Positions 31,345-40,447 of a stretch of 64,000 nt of DNA are shown here, piece by piece. The notes beneath the pieces are model-generated. The model did not search any database. It was not told the DNA's origin and saw only the letters and a list, made by a program, of their open reading frames with translations. The stretch comes from Phycisphaerae bacterium (GTDB taxonomy: Bacteria > Planctomycetota > Phycisphaerae > SM23-33), in the NCBI GenBank assembly GCA_046541875.1, contig JBKHCL010000001.1, positions 1,596 to 65,595 on the forward strand, read 5' to 3'. Positions within the stretch are counted from its first letter, which is position 1. Each line of letters begins with the position of its first letter. A program made the position numbers and the translations under genes.

Positions 31345-31443
31345 GACGCGAGTGTACCCGCAAAGGCCGAACCTCGCCAGTTGCCGGACCGGCCACCTGC
31401 GCCCGCATTTGGATTTCTCGCCGGTTGTGGCTGGTGTTCGGTG

Positions 31444-32784
31444 TTACCGTCGTCGGCCTCGCAGGAGGTTTCGGCGGACGGGTTTTCGTCTTCCCCGGTA
31501 GGCGGTGCGGTTGAGCGTGCGTTTTTTGGCCGGCGGGCGTGAGGCGTAGGGGTGTTCCTCGACGAACTCGATGGGCTTTTTCACGAGGCTTTCGATTTGC
31601 GAGAGGACGGGGCGTTCCTGCACGGCGCAGAAGCTCAGCGCCAGGCCCTTCGCCCCGGCCCGGCCGGTTCGTCCGATGCGATGGACATACGTTTCGGGTT
31701 CGTCGGGCATGTCGAAGTTGATCACGTGCGAGATGTCGTCCACGTCCAGCCCACGGGCGGCGATGTCGCTGGCGATCAGCACGCGGGACCGCCCCTCGCT
31801 GAAGTCTTTCAACGCCCGCTGGCGGTCTTTCTGGGAGCGGTCGGAATGAATGACGGCGGCGTCGATGTCCTGTCGCTGCAGCCGGGCCGTGATGATGTCC
31901 GCCCGCCGCTTGGTGCGGGTGAACACCAGGGCCCGCGTGATGTCCGTGTCCTCCAGGACATGCTCGAGAAGTTCCTGCTTCTTGGGCGTCTCGACGAAGT
32001 AGACCTGCTGGGTGACGTTCTCGGCGGCCGGCGCTTCGGGCTTGATGCGGACCTGCTCGGGATCGGTGAGAATGCTCCGTGCCAGGCGGTCGATCGCCGG
32101 CGGAATGGTCGCCGAGAACATCAGCGTCTGCCGCTGTTTGGGCAGGGCCCGCTCGATGCGGCGGATGTCGTCGATGAAGCCCATGTCCAGCATGCGGTCG
32201 GCCTCGTCGAGCACGAAGATCTCGACGGCGTCGAGATGGACGTATCCCTGCTGCATGAGGTCCATCAGCCGACCCGGCGTGGCGACGACGACGTCCACTC
32301 CGCGCGTAAGGTCCTGCGTCTGGCGTTTCTGTCGGACGCCGCCGAAGATGGTCGTATAGTCGATGTTCTTAAGGAAATGGCTGTAGGCGTCGAAGCTCTC
32401 GCCGATCTGGGCGGCCAGTTCTCGGGTGGGGCTCAGGATCAGCGCGCGGATCGGCTTGGGCGGACGGGACCGCTTGCGACGTGATCCACTGGAACGGTCG
32501 CGGCGTGGGCGTCCCTTGCCCGGCCGGGGTTTTGTCGAGTCCTGATCGTCGGACGGTTCGACGGGTTCGACATCGTGAGCGGGCTCGTTGGTGTGGAGCA
32601 TCTGGAGAATCGGCAGGGCGAACCCGGCCGTCTTGCCCGTACCGGTCTGCGCGCAGGCCATCAGGTCGTCGCCGGCGAGCACGTGTGGAATAGCGAGTAT
32701 CTGAACGGGCGTGGGCGTATCGTACCCTTCGCGTTCTACCGCCCGAAGGAGGGGCTCGACGAGCCCGAGGTCATCAAATTTCAT
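31444..32784 (-). CDS. DEAD-box ATP-dependent RNA helicase (RhlE-like)
   Basis: ATG (rc) 32782-32784. Q motif TPTPVQ, AQTGTGKT, PTRELA, DEAD, SAT and HRIGRTGRAG. Arg-rich C-terminal tail. Confidence 0.92.
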   Translation of the reverse strand: MKFDDLGLVEPLLRAVEREGYDTPTPVQILAIPHVLAGDDLMACAQTGTGKTAGFALPILQMLHTNEPAHDVEPVEPSDDQDSTKPRPGKGRPRRDRSSGSRRKRSRPPKPIRALILSPTRELAAQIGESFDAYSHFLKNIDYTTIFGGVRQKRQTQDLTRGVDVVVATPGRLMDLMQQGYVHLDAVEIFVLDEADRMLDMGFIDDIRRIERALPKQRQTLMFSATIPPAIDRLARSILTDPEQVRIKPEAPAAENVTQQVYFVETPKKQELLEHVLEDTDITRALVFTRTKRRADIITARLQRQDIDAAVIHSDRSQKDRQRALKDFSEGRSRVLIASDIAARGLDVDDISHVINFDMPDEPETYVHRIGRTGRAGAKGLALSFCAVQERPVLSQIESLVKKPIEFVEEHPYASRPPAKKRTLNRTAYRGRRKPVRRNLLRGRRR

Positions 32785-32991
32785 GCAACAGCTTTCCGTG
32801 AGAGATCTTGTTCTTCCGTCATTTCGTGTATCCCATATGATACCGCATTGGCGGGATTCGACAAGGGCCATTCGCGGATCGCTTGAAGTCGCGGCCGGCT
32901 GAGGCGGACCTCGCCGATACAATGAACCGAACGACGCATCCAATGGCGGGCCGTCGCGGCGGCTGGTCGCCAACAGAGAGAAGGAGAGCTC

Positions 32992-33903
32992 ATGCAGAAG
33001 CAACCATTTGGCAATACAGGATTAAGTGTCACGCCCCTGGGGTTCGGAAGCGCCGAGATCGGCCAGGACTGGGTCTCGCAGGAGGAGGCGACCAAGGTGC
33101 TCCATGCGGTGCTGGACGCGGGAATCAACGTGGTGGACACCGCCGCCTGTTACGGCCAGGCAGAGCAGCGAATCGGATCTGCCATCGCCGAGAGGCGCGA
33201 CGAGTACGTGCTGGTGACGAAGGTCGGCCACCAGGCCGAGGAACTGGGTCTCGAGGAGTGGACGCCCGAGTTGCTTGAGGCATCGGTGGAGCGTTCGCTG
33301 TCGCGAATGAAGACCGATCACGTGGACGTCGTGCTGATGCATTCCTGCGAGGAAGAGACGCTGGACGATCAGGAACTGCTCGCGGCGCTGCAGGCGTGCA
33401 AGCAGGCCGGCAAGACCCGGTCGATCGGCTACAGCGGCGATGCCATGGCAGCCGCCAAGGCCGTGGGAATGACGCTGTTCGACGCGATCGAAACGAGCGT
33501 GAATTTCACCGACCAGGACGCCGTCGACCGATACCTGCCCGCCGCCGAGTCGGCCGGGTTGGGCGTGCTGGCCAAACGTCCGATCGCCAACGGTTGTTGG
33601 CGCGGGCCTGAGGCGTTTGAGGGCTTCTACAGCGAGTACGTTCAGCCCTACATCGAGCGGCGAGACGCGATGGGCCTCACGCCTGAGGCGGTGGGGTTCG
33701 ACGGCGACTGGGCGGAGCTGGCGCTGCGGTTCTGCCTCACCCAGCCGGGCGTGCATACAGCCATCGTGGGCAGCACGAACGCCGACCACATTCAGCAGAA
33801 CGTCGAGATCGTCGAGAAGGGCCCGTTGCCCAACGACGTGAACGACGCGATTCGCAAGCTCTGGCACGAGCACAACGACGGCTCGTGGCTGGGCAAGACG
33901 TAA
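32992..33903 (+). CDS. Aldo/keto reductase
   Basis: AAGGAGAG SD. LGFGSAEIG...GINVVDTAACYG and the layout of the AKR family. Confidence 0.85.
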   Translation: MQKQPFGNTGLSVTPLGFGSAEIGQDWVSQEEATKVLHAVLDAGINVVDTAACYGQAEQRIGSAIAERRDEYVLVTKVGHQAEELGLEEWTPELLEASVERSLSRMKTDHVDVVLMHSCEEETLDDQELLAALQACKQAGKTRSIGYSGDAMAAAKAVGMTLFDAIETSVNFTDQDAVDRYLPAAESAGLGVLAKRPIANGCWRGPEAFEGFYSEYVQPYIERRDAMGLTPEAVGFDGDWAELALRFCLTQPGVHTAIVGSTNADHIQQNVEIVEKGPLPNDVNDAIRKLWHEHNDGSWLGKT

Positions 33904-33983
33904 ACGCACCTGGCAGAGCGACTGGTCCTGCGGACGGACAACAGGATAAGACGCCTGCCACACAACGCACGAAAGGAACGATC

Positions 33984-34367
33984 ATGTCCACGCACGCGGA
34001 CCGAATTACATTGGACGAAGCAGTCGAGATCACGCTGGAGAACCATGCCACCGATGAGTACGCCGATATTCTCGGTGCGTACCAGAGCGGTTGGCCGGCT
34101 GCGCATACCTATCTGCGCCCGACGGCGGCGGATCTTGACACCCAGGCGGACCTCTCCGAGGCGGCCGAAACCGAAGCCAGGGGCATTCGCGCCCAGGCGT
34201 GGATCGACCTGACCGGGGACGTTGCCAAGGTTCGGCTGAACCCGAACCTTTACGCCGACACGCCAGCCGATGAGCTTCAGCCCGAGGCCGAGCGGATCCT
34301 CACCGAGTGGGCCTCCCGGATGCGGCGCGAGTTGGATATCCAGACACCGCCGCCCACGGCGCGTTGA
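33984..34367 (+). CDS. Hypothetical small acidic protein
   Basis: AAAGGAA SD before ATG 33984, 127 aa. No family recognised. Coding status rests on the SD and codon usage only. Confidence 0.4.
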   Translation: MSTHADRITLDEAVEITLENHATDEYADILGAYQSGWPAAHTYLRPTAADLDTQADLSEAAETEARGIRAQAWIDLTGDVAKVRLNPNLYADTPADELQPEAERILTEWASRMRRELDIQTPPPTAR

Positions 34368-34377
34368 TGGGGCGGCG

Positions 34378-36315
34378 TTACTGCTCCAATTTGCGCTTGG
34401 CTCGCAGGCGCGTTTCACGGATGAGGCAGTAGAGCACCGGGACCACGAGCATCGTGAGCACTTCGATGGTCATTCCGCCCATCGACGGGATGGCCATCGG
34501 CACCATGATATCGCTGCCCCGGCCGGTGGATGTGAGAACGGGCAGCAGGGCGAGAATCGTGGTGGCCGTGGTCATCAGGCAGGCCCGCACCCGCCGTGTA
34601 CCGGCAGCCACGACGGCGGCGCGGATCTCCGCGACGTTGTCCGGGTCGCGCTGCCGGAAGCTCTGTTCAAGGTACGTGCCCATCACCACGCCGTCGTCGG
34701 TGGCGATGCCCAGCAGCGCCAGGAATCCTACCCATACCGCGACGGACAGATTGACCGGGCTCATCTGGAACACGTCGCGCATGCGACGCCCGAGAACCTC
34801 GAAGTCCCCCGCCCACGGCTGGGCGTACAGCCACAACAGGGCGAACCCGCCCGAGAAGGCTACGAAGATTCCGATGAAGATGATGCCCGTCGTGCCCACC
34901 GAGCGGAACTGCAGATAAAGAATCACGAAGATCGCCGCGCACGCGATCGGCAGGATGAAGCTCAACGTTCGATTGGCTCGCAGCTCGGCCTGGTATGCAC
35001 CGGCGAACTCGTAGGAGATTCCTTCGGGCAGCAGGAGGTCGCCCCGATCAATCGCCTGACGCAGATGCTCACGGGCGGCCTTGACGACATCCACCTCGGC
35101 CACGCCGGTTTTCCCGCCGAAGGTCACGTAGGTGACCTTGAACGTATCCTCGCTCTGGATCCGCTGGGGTCCTCGGCGGTATTGAACGTCCGCCAGTTCG
35201 GTCAGCGGGACCTGCGCGCCGGACGGGGTCGCCACGTGGATGCGTTCGAGGCGTTCCCATTCGTCCCGCAACCCGCGCGGGTACATCAGGCGAATGGCGT
35301 AGCGGCGGCGCCCTTCGATGGTCATTGAGGCCACCCGTCCGCCGACGGCGGTCTGGAGCGTTCGCAGAACCTTCGCCGCCGTCACGCCGTGCAGCTGGCG
35401 ACGGGCGCGGGAGTTGGGGTCCTGCACGTCCACCACCAGGTACGGCTTTCCGACCACGCGGGAGGCGTTGACCGAGCGGGCAACCACCTCCCGAACCGTG
35501 CGCAACTCCTGTTCGATGGCAACGGCCGCCGTTTCGAGGTCCTGGAGGTCCTCGCCGTGGACCTTCACCCCGAGCTTGGCGGTCATGCCCGTCTGGAGCA
35601 TCACCAGGCGTGTTTCGATGGGCTGGAGCTTCGGGGCGCTGGTGGAACCGGGGTAGGAGGCCCGCTCGACGATCTCGTCCCAGATGTCGTCGGGCGAGTG
35701 GATGTGATCCCGCCACTGACGCACGCGCGTGCCGTCCGGCAGCGTGGCGTATTCGGGCTTGTAGTGAATGACCGTCTCGACCATCGACACCGGGGCCGGG
35801 TCGAGCGCCGAATCCACACGACCGATCTTGCCGACCACCTGCGAGACCTCCGGAATCGACTGGATCGCTCGGTCCTGGTAGGACAGCGTGTCCAGTGCCT
35901 CGGCGATGGACCCGTGCACGCTGATGGTGGGCATCCACAGGAAGCTGCCCTCATCGAGGCTGGGCATGAACTCCCTCCCGAGCCCGGGGAATTGTCGCTC
36001 GCCGTGGACCCACAGATTCGTCTGCCGCAACTCATCGTCCAGCCCGACCGGCTGGAGGGCGGTCTCGACGGGCGAAAACACCGTCGCCGCTCCCAGCCAG
36101 ACCGCCAGGGCGATCACGATCAACACCGTCGGGATCGACAGGAACGCCAGCTTGTGACGCAAACACCAGCCGAGGATGGTGGGGTAGGCCCACTGGAACG
36201 CCCGGAAAAAGCCGATCAGCACGGCGATCAGGCCTCCGGTGAACAGCAGGTTGCGGGCCAGTCCGCGTTGCGGCCCCAGCGGCAGCCAGAGAATCGTCAG
36301 CACGGTGAACACCAC
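34378..36315 (-). pseudogene. N-terminally truncated heavy-metal-efflux RND permease (CusA/CzcA-like C-terminal ~60%)
   Basis: EFMPSLDEGSFLWMPT...IPEVSQVVGKIGRVDSALDPAPVSMVETVI aligns with E. coli CusA from about residue 450 onward. Only about 50 bp separate its first possible (GTG) start from the stop of the next gene. No MFP or OMF partners are adjacent. Confidence 0.6.
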
Positions 36316-36365
36316 CAGAACGATGGCGAGGTTGATGATCCACGCGCCGATCTGCCGGGTAATGC

Positions 36366-39300
36366 TCAGTCGCTGCCCAACGGTTTCCGGGGAATCTCGC
36401 CCATCGCGGGCAGCTGTGAAAGGTCGATCAGCTCGCGGGTCTCGCCGTCGCGGGTGAGCACGAGCGTTTTCGGCTTGCTCAGTGAACCGGTCAGCCGAAC
36501 GGTTTCGGTTGTGTCCCCGGCGGTGAGCTTCACGCCGGCCCCGTCATGGACCGTCTCGATGGTCGGGGCCGGTTCTTTCTTGTCCCAGGCAGCCAGCACC
36601 CACAGAATGGGCTTGCCCGGCGTGGTCTCGACGCGCAGCCAGACCTGGTATTCCCCCTCGGTCCATTCGCCGTTCCAGAAGGGCGGAACCGCCAGCGCCT
36701 TTCCGCCGGTCTTCTTCACCCGCTCGTGCCACTGATCCCTGCTCAGCCCGCCCGTCGCGTCGAGCCCGTCGATCGGCAGCGATGTCGCGCCGGCCTGGTC
36801 CATCATCGTCTGCAGTCGCTTGCGATAGTCCGCTGCCGATTCGCCCGGCCGGATCGCATACAGCGCCGGGCCCGGGCGCTTCTCGTTGGCGAGGTAATGA
36901 TACGACCGCACCTGGATGTTCGGGTCGGTCGCAGCCGCCAGATGCACGGCGATGTCCTTGTCCAACTGTCCGTCGAGGGTGATGGTGCGCCCGTTCACCG
37001 TAGCCGATCGCGCCAGCAGGTGTACGTTGAGTTGCTGGGGCTCCTTGGCGGTGGTCTGGTCCAGCACCACGAGGTAGTCGCCCAATGCGTCGGCCTTGTC
37101 GTGTTTCACCATCGCCAGCGTCCGCCGGTGGGTGGTCTGCTGGATTTTCCGCGACGGATACCGCCGCGAGAATTCGTGGTCGTGCGGGTCGATCGGGCTC
37201 ATCGTCAGGTGCGACGAGGTCCGCTCAGCCACCACCACGTCGGCAAGCTTGCTGGTTTCGAACGCGCCCACGCGGGCCGTCCCCCAGAGCTGTTCGTGGG
37301 CGGTGACGGGCTTGTTCCGCGCGTTGTGGCGAACGGTTCCCTGGCGGCCGAACGTCATGGAATTGTGCAGGCAGGCGTGGTCCGCTCGGGGGTGATACGA
37401 GCAGTTGTAGTCCAGCGAGATCGGCGTCCGTCCCGAATAGAAGTGATACGCCAGCTCGTCGTTGTGATAATGCCCGCGGGCCGGGCCGGCCTTGAGACTG
37501 CAGAACGACTCGCCCGCGGTTCCGAACTCGTCCCGCAGGATCGCTCCGAACCCATAGAACGCCTGGGAGGACCAGTCCATCTCCGCCGCGTCCGTCGGCT
37601 GGATGGACAGGTCGGTCTCCAGGACGGCCTCTTTCAGCGAGGGCTCCCACCGGCCGCCGTACATGCCGCTGTCGATCAGGAGCTGCCACGTGCCCATCAT
37701 CTCCGAGGCGAAGGCGGGGTCCTTGCGGCTGTAGTAGTCAGCCAGGCGGGCGAAGCCGAACTTCATCCCCGACGTCCAACGGTGCGTATCGCCGTGGGGC
37801 GCCTCGTGTCGCATCCCGATCCGGGAATCCGGCGGCGTGATGAGCTTGCGATGCCACACCCCCGTCGCCCGTGTCATCGGGTTGGAGGTGATGGGGTTGC
37901 CGTACCCGGTGTTGGCGATCACCCTGGCCACCTTCAGCTGCAGGTTCAGCGAGTAGCCCGAATAGCCCGGACACTCCCAGCCGACCCCGTCGGGCTTGAG
38001 CAGCACGCGGGCGAGGTCGTCGCGGAAGTTCCGCAGACCGAACTCCAGCCATTCGTCGCTGTGGGGATGGTCGCGCAGCGCCGCCCCGGCGTAGAGGGCA
38101 ACGATGTACTTGTCCGTGTGGAAGTTCGGGTTGCCCGGATTCCACCCATTGTGCCAGCCCGGCCAATGGTCCGGGTCGGAGAAGATATACCCCGCCGCCG
38201 CCTGGATGGGCCCGCCGATGGGCGAACCGGCGGCGTAGAGGTCCGGCCAGCCCCAGCCATGCACGCGACGGGTGTACGTGGTGGGGTTGAGGAAGTCGTC
38301 CTGGTACCGCCGCCCGATCCAGATGCCCACATCGGGCAGCTTGCCGCCGCCGGATTCACCCTCGGTGATGAACGCCAGCAGCTTCGCGTCCGTCCCGCGG
38401 AGAGTCTTGCCGATGCGCTTGCGCTGCTTCTTCGCGCGATCCAGGCGCGTCTTGAGCTCGGCTTTGCGCTTGTCGTCGTCGGCCTGCTTGAGCTTGGTCT
38501 GCAGGTCGGCGATGTCGGCTTCGAGCTTCTTGGCCTGGGCGGCTGCGTCGATGAGTCGTTGTTTCGTTCGCTTCATCGCCCGCGTGACGCCTGTCTGTTC
38601 GCCGCTCTGCCAGTCCTTCTTGATGCGATCGAGTCGCTCCGGCGACATGAGAATATGCGGACCTGCCTTCGTCGGGTCGCGCTTCCAGTGCAGGATGTAC
38701 TTGTTCATCTCCGCCACCAGCGTCCAGTCGGTGTGGCGGCGGATGAGCCCGTTGAGCTTGTTGGTGCTGTCGAATCGTTTTCGCGGTCCGGCGACAATTG
38801 CATACGACCGCTGGCCGTAGTGCTTCCCGCCGCCGCTGCCGGTGTGCAACGGAAACTCGTACCACCCGCGATTTCCGTCGGCGACGTGGCCCTGGATGAT
38901 GCCCTGATACGGCGAGACCCACTTGCCGGCGAACGTCGCGACGATGCCCACGCACGGGGCGTTCGGGTCGTCGGGATTCTTGCCTCCCGACGTCAGCAGG
39001 AGTTCCTGTGCTCCACCGCCGCGCTGCGTCCAGCGAGGCTGAAGACGCGCGTACTCCCGACCCTTCTGGATGTCGCGGGGTTTCGCTTCGCCGACGTTCA
39101 GGCTCGTGTTGCCCCCGAAGCTGTCGTACTCGAACCAGCGAACGCGCAGCGTCGTGTCCACCTTCATCGATTCGCCCGGTTTGCCGAGCTTCTCCTTGCC
39201 GAAATGCAGCTCGTGTCCGGCCTCGTCGGGCAGGTGATAGCGCTCGACGAGTTCCACCCACGGGTCGCCCATGACCATCCGCAGCACGACGCGATAGTGC

Positions 39301-40016
39301 GGCGATTCCTGCGGGACCATCTCGGTGGGAATCTCGTTGGGCTTGTAGGTGTGCGAGCGTTTTCCCGGCGTCATGGGGACAGCCGGCGTCTTACCGCTGA
39401 CCTTCGCGCCCTCGAAGTCGTATTCGATCGCCACGTCACAGAATACCGGACCTTGGCGAAGGACCTTGATGCGCGACCGGCTGACCTTGGCAAACCCGCT
39501 GAACTTCGCCCGGCCGAACGAGGTATGTCGCCCGTCCAGCCCCAGCCCGGAAAACCAGTGCTTTGCGTCCTTGAGCGGAACGCCGCCGCCCTTGGCGGTG
39601 AACTCCTGCAGCACGAGCGACAGCCGACCGTTACCGAGGACAACGAACCTCCCGTCCCGTTTGACGCTCAGCGGCGAGTACTCCTTGCCCGGACGAACGA
39701 CCACCTGCGTGCCCGACTCGCTCCGGCCGTCCCGCTTGGGCACGGTGGCGACGAACCACAGGCGATCGACCTTGGTTCCGTCGCGTTTGGTCGCCTGTTC
39801 AAGCTGGGCCGGGCGGGTTTCGCCGTTCATCGTCACGGTCCAGTCCTCATCGGCGTCCAGCGTACCTGCCGGGAAGTCCTTGTGTGTCAGCTCCCAGGGC
39901 CAGTGGAGGTTCAGCGGGTTCTGAATCGTGAAGGTGTGGACGTCGTCGGCCGACGCGGAAAAGGGGGCCGCAATAACGGTGAGAACAGCGATGCCCAGCA
40001 GCAGAGTGTGTCGCAT
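36366..40016 (-). CDS. Large secreted heparinase II/III-family protein with an internal Lys/Arg-rich coiled-coil insert
   Basis: ATG (rc) 40014-40016 gives the signal peptide MRHTLLLGIAVLTVIAAPFSASA. GPARGHYHNDELAYHFYSG...SLDYN resembles the GHxHxD signature of the heparinase II/III domain. Confidence 0.6.
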   Translation of the reverse strand: MRHTLLLGIAVLTVIAAPFSASADDVHTFTIQNPLNLHWPWELTHKDFPAGTLDADEDWTVTMNGETRPAQLEQATKRDGTKVDRLWFVATVPKRDGRSESGTQVVVRPGKEYSPLSVKRDGRFVVLGNGRLSLVLQEFTAKGGGVPLKDAKHWFSGLGLDGRHTSFGRAKFSGFAKVSRSRIKVLRQGPVFCDVAIEYDFEGAKVSGKTPAVPMTPGKRSHTYKPNEIPTEMVPQESPHYRVVLRMVMGDPWVELVERYHLPDEAGHELHFGKEKLGKPGESMKVDTTLRVRWFEYDSFGGNTSLNVGEAKPRDIQKGREYARLQPRWTQRGGGAQELLLTSGGKNPDDPNAPCVGIVATFAGKWVSPYQGIIQGHVADGNRGWYEFPLHTGSGGGKHYGQRSYAIVAGPRKRFDSTNKLNGLIRRHTDWTLVAEMNKYILHWKRDPTKAGPHILMSPERLDRIKKDWQSGEQTGVTRAMKRTKQRLIDAAAQAKKLEADIADLQTKLKQADDDKRKAELKTRLDRAKKQRKRIGKTLRGTDAKLLAFITEGESGGGKLPDVGIWIGRRYQDDFLNPTTYTRRVHGWGWPDLYAAGSPIGGPIQAAAGYIFSDPDHWPGWHNGWNPGNPNFHTDKYIVALYAGAALRDHPHSDEWLEFGLRNFRDDLARVLLKPDGVGWECPGYSGYSLNLQLKVARVIANTGYGNPITSNPMTRATGVWHRKLITPPDSRIGMRHEAPHGDTHRWTSGMKFGFARLADYYSRKDPAFASEMMGTWQLLIDSGMYGGRWEPSLKEAVLETDLSIQPTDAAEMDWSSQAFYGFGAILRDEFGTAGESFCSLKAGPARGHYHNDELAYHFYSGRTPISLDYNCSYHPRADHACLHNSMTFGRQGTVRHNARNKPVTAHEQLWGTARVGAFETSKLADVVVAERTSSHLTMSPIDPHDHEFSRRYPSRKIQQTTHRRTLAMVKHDKADALGDYLVVLDQTTAKEPQQLNVHLLARSATVNGRTITLDGQLDKDIAVHLAAATDPNIQVRSYHYLANEKRPGPALYAIRPGESAADYRKRLQTMMDQAGATSLPIDGLDATGGLSRDQWHERVKKTGGKALAVPPFWNGEWTEGEYQVWLRVETTPGKPILWVLAAWDKKEPAPTIETVHDGAGVKLTAGDTTETVRLTGSLSKPKTLVLTRDGETRELIDLSQLPAMGEIPRKPLGSD

Positions 40017-40219
40017 GGCAGTGACCTTTCGTCGGAGAACAAAAACGAACATGGGTTCGCCCGAAGGCGAACACCTGCCATGGTATCAGGCATCGCCCGG
40101 CGTTGCACGGCCTGCAGCATGTTTGCCCGTTCGCGGCAGGGGGGTATGCGGTCCTGAGGCTGGGCGCTTATGCAGAATCACGGGCGGGGAGGCCTGTGAT
40201 GCGAAAAGCGGCAAACGCG

Positions 40220-40248
40220 TTGACGTCTCCGCCGACGCACGATAGAAC
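40220..40248 (+). promoter_or_regulatory. Possible promoter of tRNA-Arg (TTGACG-17 nt-TAGAAC)
   Basis: Hexamers at 40220-40225 and 40243-40248, about 60 nt upstream of the tRNA. Confidence 0.25.
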
Positions 40249-40310
40249 AAACACCAGCGGCGCGAGAGCGGTTCGCCCTCTGCGCCCCGCCTGCCGACCA
40301 GCAGGCCGAC

Positions 40311-40384
40311 GCGCCGGTAGCTCAGCAGGATAGAGCGGCGGTTTCCTAAACCGCAGGTCGTGGGTTCGAGTCCCGCCCGGCGTA
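40311..40384 (+). tRNA. tRNA-Arg (anticodon CCU)
   Basis: Hand-folded cloverleaf: acceptor GCGCCGG/CCGGCGU, D arm GCUC-AGCAGGAUA-GAGC, anticodon stem GCGGU/ACCGC with loop UUCCUAA, T arm GUGGG-UUCGAGU-CCCGC. 74 nt, with no encoded CCA. Confidence 0.9.
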
Positions 40385-40447
40385 GTTCCCCCGCCGGAGC
40401 GATTCCCTTTCGCCCTCGGCGGATCCTGAACGCTCCTGGAGGCACCC

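Noticed and set aside
32785-33003. 73-codon N-terminal extension of the DEAD-box helicase ORF
   Set aside because: It would overlap the aldo/keto reductase start. The Q-motif context begins right after MKFDDLGL (ATG 32784).
36546-40157. 1203-aa plus-strand ORF
   Set aside because: It is antisense to the heparinase-like gene, which has a signal peptide and a family signature. The plus-strand product is Arg/Gly/Val low complexity.
36316-40447. tRNA-Arg-associated genomic island (lyase-like gene between the RND remnant and the tRNA)
   Set aside because: No integrase is present, I could find no direct repeat of the tRNA 3' end in the window, and the GC content is not visibly atypical. This is kept only as context for the RND truncation.
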